Source: Verrucomicrobiales bacterium
Lineage (GTDB): Bacteria; Verrucomicrobiota; Verrucomicrobiia; Verrucomicrobiales; V1-33
DNA length: 64,000 nt
Direction of reading: 5' to 3'
Assembly (NCBI GenBank): GCA_018003315.1
Contig: JAGNEJ010000002.1
Location: 27,267-91,266, forward strand
Each line of letters starts with the position of its first letter. Position 1 is the stretch's first letter. The notes under the pieces were generated by a model. It did no database searches. It saw nothing but the letters and a program-made list of their open reading frames with translations, and had not been told where the DNA came from. Of the stretch, positions 17,275 to 26,079 are shown in pieces. The position numbers were made by a program, and so were the translations under genes.

Positions 17275-17366
17275 GGGGGGCTGTTCGGCCACCGGTGCCA
17301 GCGAGGTTCGCCGATCGGCGGAAACGGCAGCCTGGATTTGCTCCGGCCAATTTCAGCTTGTCAGCC

Positions 17367-18650
17367 ATGAGGGTTGCGGGTGTGGTGTGCGGCATGAGAC
17401 TGATGCCCCCCACTCTGCTCCTGCCCTTTGGTTTCGCCGCAGCGCTACTGGCGGTGCCCTTGTCCAGCCGCGGTCAGAACCGCGAGGACTGGAAGGCGCT
17501 GGTCAGCCTGCGGCCCAATGCCGCGGCCCAGGCGGAAATTTCCAAGCGCCCGTCAGAACCGCCGCTGGGTCCCTGGCATGTGCAGAAAATCGAACGGGCG
17601 GATGGGCCGCTGGGCCTGGATCTGCATGTCCTGGCCGTCACCACCCCGCCAAAAGTCCTCGGCAAGGACATGACCGCCGACGAGTTCTTCCAGTTCGTTC
17701 GCACTCACCTGTCCGCATTCTTCGCCCCGGCTGCAGGGTCTGGATCGCCCGCAAGCTTTGAAGATCTGTGGCGCTGGGAATCCAAAACCCCCATCGGGAC
17801 GGTGTGGGAGCTTTCCTGGAAAAACGGCGACGAAGCCGCCCAGGCTGCGGCCATGGTCACGGAAGTGTTCCCTGCCCAGTGGACCATGACCCTGCTGTAT
17901 TCCGGCAAGCTCGGATTCGGAAAATCGCCGCTGGCTGGAAGCCGCAGTTTCAGCATCAGTCCGCGAGCGGGCGGCGGCTACGCATTTGCCACCCGCGGGG
18001 CATTCAGAACCAGCGGGACCACCGATGGCGCGGCGGAGCGTTGCTTTGCCATGGACTCCGCCCTGTGGCAGGGCCTGCTGGGCAAGCTCAAGGCCCTCAT
18101 CGACGGCCAGGGAGGCAAGGCGGAAGTCGAACCGCCGCTGCTGCTGAAGGAGGACTGGAATGCCGTGCGGACCGCGCTGCATGCGCCGACGGAAAAATGG
18201 CAGGATCTGGAAGGCATCTGGGAAAGCACGGACAAGGACCGCAGGTTTCGCATCGAAATCGGCGCGGGCTTCAGCCAATGCGAACTGGTCGAAAGAAAAG
18301 GCGGCCAGGAACTGAGGAAGCCCGTGGCGGTGCGCGGTGCAGGTGCCCTTTCCTGGGCTCTGGAACGGGAGAACACGGACCGCGAGGTCCTGACATTTCT
18401 CGGTTTCCGAGATTCCATTCAGGAGGAAATCCTCAAGGCCGCCCCGAAGGCATCCGTGCTCACCCTCACAAAAAAGGGCGACCGACTCAAGGCGTCCTGG
18501 CAGGGCATCCTGGTGCAACGCGACGGCAAAGGAAACATTTCCGCCATCCGGCAGCCGGGCACCGTCCGGGCCAAGGATTTCGAATTCATCCCGGCACCGG
18601 AGCCCGCGCCTCCTCCGCCCGCCACTCCCGCTCCGCAGCCGGGAGCGTGA
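17367..18650 (+). CDS. hypothetical secreted protein with Pro-rich C-terminus
   Basis: The 3' part of ORF 16116..18650. The upstream part is antisense to murQ. ATG 17367 or 17394 gives the signal peptide MRLMPPTLLLPFGFAAALLAVPLSSRGQ. I recognise no family. Confidence 0.6.
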   Translation: MRVAGVVCGMRLMPPTLLLPFGFAAALLAVPLSSRGQNREDWKALVSLRPNAAAQAEISKRPSEPPLGPWHVQKIERADGPLGLDLHVLAVTTPPKVLGKDMTADEFFQFVRTHLSAFFAPAAGSGSPASFEDLWRWESKTPIGTVWELSWKNGDEAAQAAAMVTEVFPAQWTMTLLYSGKLGFGKSPLAGSRSFSISPRAGGGYAFATRGAFRTSGTTDGAAERCFAMDSALWQGLLGKLKALIDGQGGKAEVEPPLLLKEDWNAVRTALHAPTEKWQDLEGIWESTDKDRRFRIEIGAGFSQCELVERKGGQELRKPVAVRGAGALSWALERENTDREVLTFLGFRDSIQEEILKAAPKASVLTLTKKGDRLKASWQGILVQRDGKGNISAIRQPGTVRAKDFEFIPAPEPAPPPPATPAPQPGA

Positions 18651-18728
18651 GCAAAGCCAGAATTCATTCGCGCTGCGTGCGCTCACTCGTATAATTGAAG
18701 CCCAATTCTGCGCACCCCCACGACACCC

Positions 18729-19457
18729 ATGGCGATTTTCACCGCAACAGAGAGCATCGGCAGGCAGTTGCTGGAAGCGCGCGTCCGCAAGGGACTGGTC
18801 GTCGAGGACGTGGAATTCAAGACCCACATCCCCGCAGCCAGAGTGCGGGAACTGGAAAATGACGATTTTTCCAATTTCGCCAATCTCACTTACGCCAGGA
18901 GCTTTCTGAAGCTCTACGCAAACTTTCTCGGCCTCGACATTTCCGACTATCTCAGCGAGTTCAACACCCGGGAACTCGCGGATGTTTCCGGTCATGAATT
19001 CATCCAGAGCGCCAACTCCGGCATCTCGGCATTGGGCTACGCCGCAGCGCCAAATCCCAACCGCGGACGCTGGAAGGGAGTTGCCCTGCTGCTGGTGCTG
19101 GTCGGCGGCATCTGCGGGACCATTTACGCCAGCAAATACTGGAAATCCGGGGAAGCCGCGCCTGAAACCGCTGCGGCTCCTGCAGCCCCCGCAGTCAAAT
19201 CCACCGGCACCTTTCAACCTGGACCGAGCGTGGCCGATGCCGGACGGATCAATCCGACCGTCCCCCCAGCCATTCCAGCCCCAGCCAGTCCGGCGCTTCC
19301 GGATGCTCCGCAGAAGCCGCCCAAAGCGCGTCCCATTCTGCCAGCCCTTCCGACCGGTGGAGCTTCCCCCGCCGACAATGACGGCAAAGCCAACCCCGCT
19401 CCGGAACCCGGAGCGATCGAAATTAAGCCGGCATTGACGCCCGATGAGAATGCCTGA
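18729..19457 (+). CDS. RodZ-like helix-turn-helix membrane protein
   Basis: N-terminal Cro/C1-type HTH (IGRQLLEARVRKGLVVEDVEFKTHIPAARVRELENDDF, YARSFLKLYANFLGLD), a single TM helix (WKGVALLLVLVGGICGTIYA) and a Pro/Ala-rich tail. Confidence 0.7.
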   Translation: MAIFTATESIGRQLLEARVRKGLVVEDVEFKTHIPAARVRELENDDFSNFANLTYARSFLKLYANFLGLDISDYLSEFNTRELADVSGHEFIQSANSGISALGYAAAPNPNRGRWKGVALLLVLVGGICGTIYASKYWKSGEAAPETAAAPAAPAVKSTGTFQPGPSVADAGRINPTVPPAIPAPASPALPDAPQKPPKARPILPALPTGGASPADNDGKANPAPEPGAIEIKPALTPDENA

Positions 19458-19490
19458 CAGGGCAGCGGGCCGCATGCGGATTGCCGGAGA

Positions 19491-20117
19491 ATGAAACGCC
19501 TGGATGACTGCCGTCTGTATGGAATTCTGGACACCGGTTATGTGTGCCCGGAACGCCTGCCGGAGGTGCTGCGGGAGATGCTCGCCGGGGGCATCGACGT
19601 GGTGCAGTTGCGGGCCAAGGGTCATGCCGCCGCGGAGGTGAAACCGTGGCTGGAGCCCCTGCATGATCTCACCCGCGCGGCAGACGTGCCTTTGATCGTC
19701 AACGACCATCCAGAACTGTGGCCGTGGGCGGATGGAATTCATGTCGGCCAGGAGGATGCCGCCGTCAGCGCGGTGCGCCAGCAGATGCAAGGCAGCGGAC
19801 TGGTGGGGAAATCGACCCACAGTCTGGCTCAGGCGGAGGCGGCCAGCCGCGAAGCGGTGGACTACATTGGTTTCGGTCCGCTTTTTCCCACGCCGACCAA
19901 GGCGGGCCGGGCTGCCATTGGGCTGGAAACCATCGCGGAGGCACACCGGCGAGTGTCGCTTCCCATTTTTTGCATCGGCGGCATCAAGCGGGAGAACTTG
20001 GAGGAGGTCATGGCTGTCGGCGCCAGGCGGGTGGTGATCGTCAGCGGCATTTTGCAGGCGGTTGACATCGCCGGGTATGTCGCCGACTGCAAACGCCTGC
20101 TGGCCGCAGACGCCTGA
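19491..20117 (+). CDS. thiE: thiamine-phosphate synthase
   Basis: LYGILD..GIDVVQLRAKG..LIVNDHPELW..DGIHVGQED..VGKSTHSLAQA..DYIGFGPLFPTPTK..IFCIGGI are ThiE TIM-barrel motifs. Confidence 0.9.
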   Translation: MKRLDDCRLYGILDTGYVCPERLPEVLREMLAGGIDVVQLRAKGHAAAEVKPWLEPLHDLTRAADVPLIVNDHPELWPWADGIHVGQEDAAVSAVRQQMQGSGLVGKSTHSLAQAEAASREAVDYIGFGPLFPTPTKAGRAAIGLETIAEAHRRVSLPIFCIGGIKRENLEEVMAVGARRVVIVSGILQAVDIAGYVADCKRLLAADA

Positions 20118-20186
20118 GCCTGCACCAGCCGGGCCGATGCCAGCGCCCCCCAGCCTTCTTCAAACCTCCAACCGATCTGATTGCCC

Positions 20187-21098
20187 ATGCCAGTCCTTGT
20201 TGCCGGAACCGTCGCGCTTGACTCCATCGAAACCCCCACGGCGCGCAAGAGCAACCTGCTGGGAGGTTCCGCGTCCTATGCCGCGCTGGCAGCCAGTTTC
20301 GGCGCTCCGGTGCAGTTGTGTTCGATTGTGGGCACTGATTTCCCTGCGCAACACCTGGATTTTTTCCGCGGCAAGGGCATCGACACCTCGTGCCTGCAGG
20401 TGGAGGAAGGGCGCACCTTCCGCTGGAGCGGGAGGTATTTCGACGACATGAACAACCGGGAGACGCTGAGTGTTTCCATTGATGTGCTGGAAAAATTCCA
20501 GCCGAAACTCGACGCGGCCGCCAGGAAGGCATCCGTGGTGCTGCTTGCCAACATGAGTCCGGAAAACCAGCTCAGCGTGCTGCGCCAGGCGGATCCGGAA
20601 GCCTATTTCATCGCCGACAGCATGGACCTGTGGATCAACATCGCCCGCGAAGCGCTGCTGGAGGTCCTGCGGCAGGTGGATCTGTTCGTCATCAATGAAG
20701 GGGAAGCAAAGCTGTTTGCGGAAACAGGAAATCTCATCACCGCCGGCCACCGCTTGCGCCGCCTCGGTCCCCGCCAGGTGGTCATCAAAAAGGGTGAACA
20801 CGGCGCCATGCTCTTCGGGGAGGGACACTTTTTTTCCACCACTGCCTTTCCGTTAGGGGAAGTCGCCGACCCGACCGGCGCCGGAGACACCTTTGCCGGC
20901 GGCATTGCCGGCTACCTGTGCGGGCTGAACCGCCGGAAGGATGCGCTGACGTTTGTGGACATCAACCGCGCCATCATCCAGGGCACGGTGCTGGCCAGCT
21001 TTGCCTGCGAGGAGTTCAGCATGGACCGTCTGGCCCGCCTGACACCGCAGGAGGCCGATGAACGGCGCGAGCAGTTCCGCACCTACACCGCCTTTTAG
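20187..21098 (+). CDS. PfkB-family carbohydrate kinase
   Basis: The ORF starts at TTG 20181; ATG 20187 is more likely. Motifs are VLVAGTVALD and the C-terminal PfkB signature DPTGAGDTFAGGIAGYL. Confidence 0.85.
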   Translation: MPVLVAGTVALDSIETPTARKSNLLGGSASYAALAASFGAPVQLCSIVGTDFPAQHLDFFRGKGIDTSCLQVEEGRTFRWSGRYFDDMNNRETLSVSIDVLEKFQPKLDAAARKASVVLLANMSPENQLSVLRQADPEAYFIADSMDLWINIAREALLEVLRQVDLFVINEGEAKLFAETGNLITAGHRLRRLGPRQVVIKKGEHGAMLFGEGHFFSTTAFPLGEVADPTGAGDTFAGGIAGYLCGLNRRKDALTFVDINRAIIQGTVLASFACEEFSMDRLARLTPQEADERREQFRTYTAF

Positions 21099-21106
21099 CG
21101 CCGTCC

Positions 21107-21637
21107 ATGCCGCCACCAACTGCCAGGATTCCGGTTCCATTTTGGCGCACGCCGGTGGCGTTGACTCTCGGCGGTCTCGCAGTGCTGTTCTTCATCTTTG
21201 CTGGCATTCGAAAACTGGAGCGCATCAACCTCCGCCATCAGGTGGAAAAAGCGCTGGAAGCGGATCCGGTGGTGGCCCAGACCATTGCCAGGCTCAAGGA
21301 AACGATCGCCCGGAATCTCGCGGCGAAGCCGACCGCCGTCCGCATGGAACAGGAACGCCTGGTGGTCGGCCTTTACCACGGAGAAGTGGAAAATTTCGCA
21401 ACCGGCAAGGAACTGCCCGGCATGCCCGTGACCCAGGTGCTCCATCTGGGCAGGCCGGTGCTGCTGGCCGGCGAACCCAGCAACAACGACTCGCCGGACA
21501 GTGTGCTGATCAGCTACAAAAACTACCCGGCCAGAATGGAAAAACCGGCCAAAGGGCAAAAATGGATTCTTGCCGTGTGGCGCGACAAATCCGGCAACAA
21601 TGTCATCCACACCGCGCAGCGCTGCGCGCCGGACTGA
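21107..21637 (+). CDS. hypothetical membrane-anchored protein
   Basis: One N-terminal TM helix (VALTLGGLAVLFFIFAGI). No recognisable domain. The coding call rests on ORF length, position and composition. Confidence 0.5.
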   Translation: MPPPTARIPVPFWRTPVALTLGGLAVLFFIFAGIRKLERINLRHQVEKALEADPVVAQTIARLKETIARNLAAKPTAVRMEQERLVVGLYHGEVENFATGKELPGMPVTQVLHLGRPVLLAGEPSNNDSPDSVLISYKNYPARMEKPAKGQKWILAVWRDKSGNNVIHTAQRCAPD

Positions 21638-21788
21638 AGGGAAACACGGATGCCTGCGCCAGCCTCGCGCAACCGCACCGAGCGCAACCACGCTGGTTGC
21701 CTTTCCGTTTTACTGTCGGGGGAAGCGGCGCTAACTCTGCCGCTCTGCGATCCTTCCAAACCAACCCCAAAAATCCGAACCGCACTGC

Positions 21789-22370
21789 ATGGACTCCTTC
21801 ATCGACATTCTCAAACAGCCATTCTACTGGGGCCTGGGCATCGGGCTGCTCTTCTTCTCCCTCAGCGCCTGGGGACATTTCAAAACCAAGCGGGAACTGC
21901 GCCGCTACCGCAAGCACCTCAGCGACAAACTCGAACTGGAGGCCCGGCAATATGAAGTCATCCGCAAGGACAAGGACACCCTGGCAAAAGAAAACGAGCA
22001 CCTGCGGGTGCGCATCCAGCAGTTGATGGAGAAGCCCGACCAGAAAATCGCCCGCGACCTGGAAATCCTGGCCCGTGCCGAAAAACGGCTGATGGTGCAA
22101 GCGCCCGGATTCGCCGGCGCCTGGGAGGCGGCCAAGGCCCATGCCGCCGACGAACTGGCTGCGGAGGATGCCGGACGCAGCCTGCCCAAGCGCATTTTCA
22201 ACCGCCTCTTTGGCAGCGGAGTGCGCGACGTGGACGCCAGAACCCTCACCGAAACGGCCTCCGCCGCCCCTTCCCATTCCGCGGCGGATGCCACGGCGGT
22301 CGCCGCAGACAGCACCACTTCCCAGCCCACCGGGCCGGACGGCGCCCAGCCGGCAAAGGAGAATGCCTAA
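21789..22370 (+). CDS. hypothetical TM plus coiled-coil protein
   Basis: TM helix FYWGLGIGLLFFSLSAW, then a charged heptad-like segment (RKHLSDKLELEARQYEVIRKDKDTLAKENEHLRVRIQQLMEK). Confidence 0.5.
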   Translation: MDSFIDILKQPFYWGLGIGLLFFSLSAWGHFKTKRELRRYRKHLSDKLELEARQYEVIRKDKDTLAKENEHLRVRIQQLMEKPDQKIARDLEILARAEKRLMVQAPGFAGAWEAAKAHAADELAAEDAGRSLPKRIFNRLFGSGVRDVDARTLTETASAAPSHSAADATAVAADSTTSQPTGPDGAQPAKENA

Positions 22371-22400
22371 CCAAACCAGAACCTCCACGGCCCTTCCGCT

Positions 22401-23396
22401 GTGACGCCAGAAAAACTCGGTGACATCGCCTACATGTTCCTCAGCCTGGTGCTGGAGGGAGCACCCTACATCTTGCTGGGAGCATTGGTTTCCGGAGTCA
22501 TCGATGCCTATCTGCCAGCCAGGGCCATGGATCGGCTGCTGCCCCGCAACCGCCTGGGCGGCGTGCTGGTCGCGGGCCTGCTGGGAATCGTTTTTCCGGT
22601 CTGTGAGTGTGCGATCGTGCCGGTGATCCGACGGCTGGTCGCCAAAGGCCTGCCGGTGTCCTGTGCCATGACCTACATGCTCACGGCGCCGATCGTCAAT
22701 CCCATCACGGCACTCAGCACCTGGTCCGCGTTTCAGGTGGGTTCCGGCGTGCAGGCAGACCCTTCCCAGCCGTGGATCATGACCGGCAGCCGTCTGCTCA
22801 TGGGCTACATCATTGCGGTCATCATCGGGCTCATCTGCAGCCGGCTTTCAGCGGAGCGCATCCTCCAGTCCGGAGTGCTGGCCAGTGTCCGCCGCGCCAG
22901 CAGGGAAAAAAACGCACCCGCCGCTGCCGGGGAAGCCGGACCCAGGGACGATGGCCGCCGGTTGGTGCAGGCCCTGCGCACGGCACAGAAGGATTTTGTC
23001 GATGTGGGCATGTACTTCACCATCGGCATTCTGCTCGCCTCCTTCTTCAAGACCCAGGTGGTTTTCAATCCCGCCATGCAGGAACGCATCTATTCGGTCG
23101 CGCAAAACCATGCGCTCGCACCGCTCATTCTCATGGCCCTGGCCTTCGTGCTGTCGCTTTGCAGCACCACGGACGCTTTCGTCATCGCTTCGGATTCCAT
23201 CTTCTCCAAGGCCGCAAAGCTGGCCTTTCTGGTCTTCGGTCCCATGATGGATGTCAAACTGCTGTTCCTCTACTCCACGGTTTTCAAGCGGAGGTTCGTC
23301 CTCGTGCTTGTCGTTGCCCTCGCTCTGCTCACCTGGTTTCTTTGCCGAGCCTGGCAGCCCGTTCTTGAACCTCCCAACCTGCCGACACCCTCATGA
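22401..23396 (+). CDS. COG0701/UPF0718-type permease (putative metal transporter component)
   Basis: Multi-pass protein with the conserved Cys-x-Cys loop FPVCECAIVPVIRRL. The GTG start at 22401 is uncertain; ATG 22434 is an alternative. The stop overlaps the next start (ATGA). Confidence 0.8.
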   Translation: MTPEKLGDIAYMFLSLVLEGAPYILLGALVSGVIDAYLPARAMDRLLPRNRLGGVLVAGLLGIVFPVCECAIVPVIRRLVAKGLPVSCAMTYMLTAPIVNPITALSTWSAFQVGSGVQADPSQPWIMTGSRLLMGYIIAVIIGLICSRLSAERILQSGVLASVRRASREKNAPAAAGEAGPRDDGRRLVQALRTAQKDFVDVGMYFTIGILLASFFKTQVVFNPAMQERIYSVAQNHALAPLILMALAFVLSLCSTTDAFVIASDSIFSKAAKLAFLVFGPMMDVKLLFLYSTVFKRRFVLVLVVALALLTWFLCRAWQPVLEPPNLPTPS

Positions 23397-24511
23397 GCAA
23401 GGAATCGAACCCCACCGAGGGCGGCGAACCTCATTCCCAGGATTCCCACGGTCACACCTGCGATTGCGGACACAGCCATGCCGCACAGCAAGTCCGCCAC
23501 GAAACGGAGGATGCCGCCGCCCCCAAAATGCCGACACCCGCGTGCTGCGGCCACGATCATGGGCACGCCCACGAACCTTCCTGCTGCGGACATGCGCACC
23601 CGTCCCCCCGCGGACCCGACGCCGCGGCTGCAGCGGAGACGGAAAGCCGATTCTTCTTCAGCCTGGAAACGCTGGTGCTGCTGATGTGGGCTGCGGCACT
23701 GGTTTGCTTCGTGACCTCTGGCCGCGTCACCCACTTTCTGGCTCCCACCGGCTGGTTTCGCGAGCAGGCCCTCGTCGGCGGCCTGGCTCTGGCGGTGCTG
23801 GCGGTCTTCAACTGGCTGATGCGCCGGCGGTTTCCCGGCTGCGGCCACCAGCACGGGCATGAACATGAGGAGGACGGAAGCTGCCCCGGCGGTCACGTGC
23901 ATGCACACGAGGAATCCACCTGGTTAGGACGTGCGGTTTCCATCCTGCTGCTCGCCGCACCTGTCTCCCTGGCAGCCGCCTTTTCCCCCAACGACTGGAG
24001 CAGCCCCTACAAGGCCCAGTTGGCCAACTCCCTGGCCGCCTCCAACGCCCCGGCCAGCGGCAAGTCCAGCCTTTCCCCGCAAACATCGGCACCGGGTGGC
24101 GCAGATGCCTACACGCTGGAGGATTTGAAAAAGCAGGTGGATCTCTCACCGGAGGGAAACTTCGTGCTTCCCATCACTTCGCTCTGGTCTGTGGCGGGCG
24201 ATGCCGTGGTGCGTCCGGTCATTTCGGGACAATCCGTCGAAACCATCGGCCAGGTGGTGAAGGACAGTTCCAACCCGGCACGGCTCCGCGCCTTCGAACT
24301 CATGGTCAGCTGCTGCGCGGCAGATGCCAAACCCGTGTCCTTCCCGCTCGATTTCGGACCGGAAAAACTCCCCGACTACCGCGAAATGGGCTGGTACAAG
24401 ATCGTGGGCACCATCGGCTTTGAGGACGAACGCGGTGGCAAGGTCACCGTCCTCAAGGTCAAATCCCTCACCCCGTGGAGCCGTCCCAACGCTTCCGGAC
24501 CGATGTACTAA
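23393..24511 (+). CDS. TIGR03943/DUF1980-like membrane protein with His/Cys-rich N-terminus
   Basis: The N-terminus is HSQDSHGHTCDCGHSHAA..ACCGHDHGHAHEPSCCGHAH, and a second cluster is GCGHQHGHEHEEDGSCPGGHVHAHEE. There are two or three TM helices. The C-terminal domain with MVSCCAAD is typical of partners of COG0701 permeases. Confidence 0.75.
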   Translation: MSKESNPTEGGEPHSQDSHGHTCDCGHSHAAQQVRHETEDAAAPKMPTPACCGHDHGHAHEPSCCGHAHPSPRGPDAAAAAETESRFFFSLETLVLLMWAAALVCFVTSGRVTHFLAPTGWFREQALVGGLALAVLAVFNWLMRRRFPGCGHQHGHEHEEDGSCPGGHVHAHEESTWLGRAVSILLLAAPVSLAAAFSPNDWSSPYKAQLANSLAASNAPASGKSSLSPQTSAPGGADAYTLEDLKKQVDLSPEGNFVLPITSLWSVAGDAVVRPVISGQSVETIGQVVKDSSNPARLRAFELMVSCCAADAKPVSFPLDFGPEKLPDYREMGWYKIVGTIGFEDERGGKVTVLKVKSLTPWSRPNASGPMY

Positions 24512-24597
24512 CCAATCCGCCCGCAGCCGTTTTTCCGCCGCGCCATCCGACTGCCCGCATGTCCCCTGACCCGCCTGGCACCGGGACCGATTCCCGG

Positions 24598-25947
24598 ATG
24601 ATTTCGCCCGATACCATTGCCGCCGTGGCCACCGCCCCCGGCCAGGGTGCCATTTCCCTGGTGCGCCTGTCCGGGCCACAGGCATTGGCCATTGCAAACC
24701 GGGTTTTTCACAGCCGCCGGAAGGACAACCGATTTCCGCCGCGGCGGGCAGTGCTGGGCACCATCCAGGACCTGACCGGTGCTCCGGTCGATGAAGTTCT
24801 CCTAACTAATTTTCCGGGATCCGCCAGCTTTACAGGGGAGGACACCGTGGAGATTTCCTGCCACGGAGGCGTGCTGGTGACCAGAATGGTGCTGCAAACC
24901 GTGCTGGCCGCAGGTGCACGGCTGGCCGCACCGGGGGAATTCACGCAGCGGGCGTTCCTCAACGGACGCATGGATCTGACCCAGGCCGAGGCGGTCATGG
25001 ATCTGATTGCTGCGCAGACGGATCTGGCCCTGCGCGCCGCCCGGGAGCAGCTCGGAGGCCGCCTTGGGGTGGAAACCCAGGCCATCCGTCAGGACTTGCT
25101 GGAAGTGCTGGCCCATGTCGAGGCGTGGATCGACTTTCCGGAGGAGGACATCGACCCTGACACGGGGGAAGCGCTGCGCACCCGCATCTCCACGGCACAG
25201 CAGCGGTGCCGGCAACTCCTGGCCACGGCGGACCAGGGACGCATCCTGCGCGAAGGTGCGCGCACGGTGCTTTGCGGTGCGCCAAACGCCGGAAAGTCCA
25301 GCCTGCTGAATGTGTTGCTAGGCTTCGAGCGGGCGATCGTCAGCGAAACTCCCGGAACCACCCGGGATACGATTGAGGAAGTGATCAATCTCCGCGGGCT
25401 GCCGCTGCGACTGGTGGACACGGCCGGATTGCGGCCCACGGAGGATGCCGTCGAACAGGAAGGCGTGGCCCGCACCCGCCAGATGCTGCTCCAGGCGGAT
25501 CTCATCCTGGAAATCGTGGATGCCAGCATTCCCGTTGTTGCCCGAATGGACATTCCCGCAGGGGCCACGCCACACTGCCTGCTGGTGCTGAACAAAAGCG
25601 ACCTGGGTCTTGCCCCAGCATGGCAGCGGGAAGCTGGTTTTCCCGTGTCCTGCCGGACTGGCGACGGCATCGCCAACCTGTGCGACGCCATTTTTTCGCT
25701 GCTCACCGCGGGTTCCGGTGCGTTTGTCCGCGACCTGGTGGCCATCAATGCCCGGCATCAGGCGTGTCTGCAGCGCACCGTGGATTTCCTGACCGAATGC
25801 CTGCAGGAACTGGACCGCGGCGCCTCGCCGGAGTTCATCGCCATCCCCCTGCGGGCAGCCATGGATGCGGTGGGAGAAATCACCGGACGCCTCGACACCG
25901 AGGAACTGCTGGGAGAAATCTTTGCGCGGTTCTGCATCGGCAAATGA
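24598..25947 (+). CDS. mnmE: tRNA modification GTPase MnmE
   Basis: ORF 24475..25947. ATG 24598 gives MISPDTIAAVATAPGQGAISLVRLSG. G domain motifs are GAPNAGKSSLLN, DTAG and NKSD. The C-terminus is FCIGK. Confidence 0.95.
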   Translation: MISPDTIAAVATAPGQGAISLVRLSGPQALAIANRVFHSRRKDNRFPPRRAVLGTIQDLTGAPVDEVLLTNFPGSASFTGEDTVEISCHGGVLVTRMVLQTVLAAGARLAAPGEFTQRAFLNGRMDLTQAEAVMDLIAAQTDLALRAAREQLGGRLGVETQAIRQDLLEVLAHVEAWIDFPEEDIDPDTGEALRTRISTAQQRCRQLLATADQGRILREGARTVLCGAPNAGKSSLLNVLLGFERAIVSETPGTTRDTIEEVINLRGLPLRLVDTAGLRPTEDAVEQEGVARTRQMLLQADLILEIVDASIPVVARMDIPAGATPHCLLVLNKSDLGLAPAWQREAGFPVSCRTGDGIANLCDAIFSLLTAGSGAFVRDLVAINARHQACLQRTVDFLTECLQELDRGASPEFIAIPLRAAMDAVGEITGRLDTEELLGEIFARFCIGK

Positions 25948-26079
25948 GGCCGTAGGGGTCCCGAATCGGATGGAATCGCAAATTTCACCGCACCCGATGG
26001 GACGGGCGGCCAGCAGCGCCGCCGGCCACACCGGACTCGGTCCGGCGTGGCCGCAGTTTTCCTAAACCGGCAGGTTTTG

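Noticed and set aside
16116-17366. N-terminal 417 codons of the 844-aa ORF 16116..18650
   Set aside because: This part is antisense to the kinase-MurQ gene and crosses the intergenic hairpin. The signal peptide at 17367/17394 marks the real start.
19458-19490. Expected a TPP riboswitch upstream of thiE
   Set aside because: Only 33 nt separate thiE from the preceding gene, and no CUGAGA/ACCTGA-type TPP core is present.
17553-19946. 797-aa minus-strand ORF
   Set aside because: It runs antisense across three well-supported plus-strand genes (a secreted protein, the RodZ-like gene and thiE). No motifs.
23396-23420. ggaatcgaacccc, resembling the complement of a tRNA T-arm
   Set aside because: It lies inside the His-rich protein CDS (KESNPTEG). 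No acceptor or anticodon stems can be drawn, and I found no tRNA elsewhere in the window.
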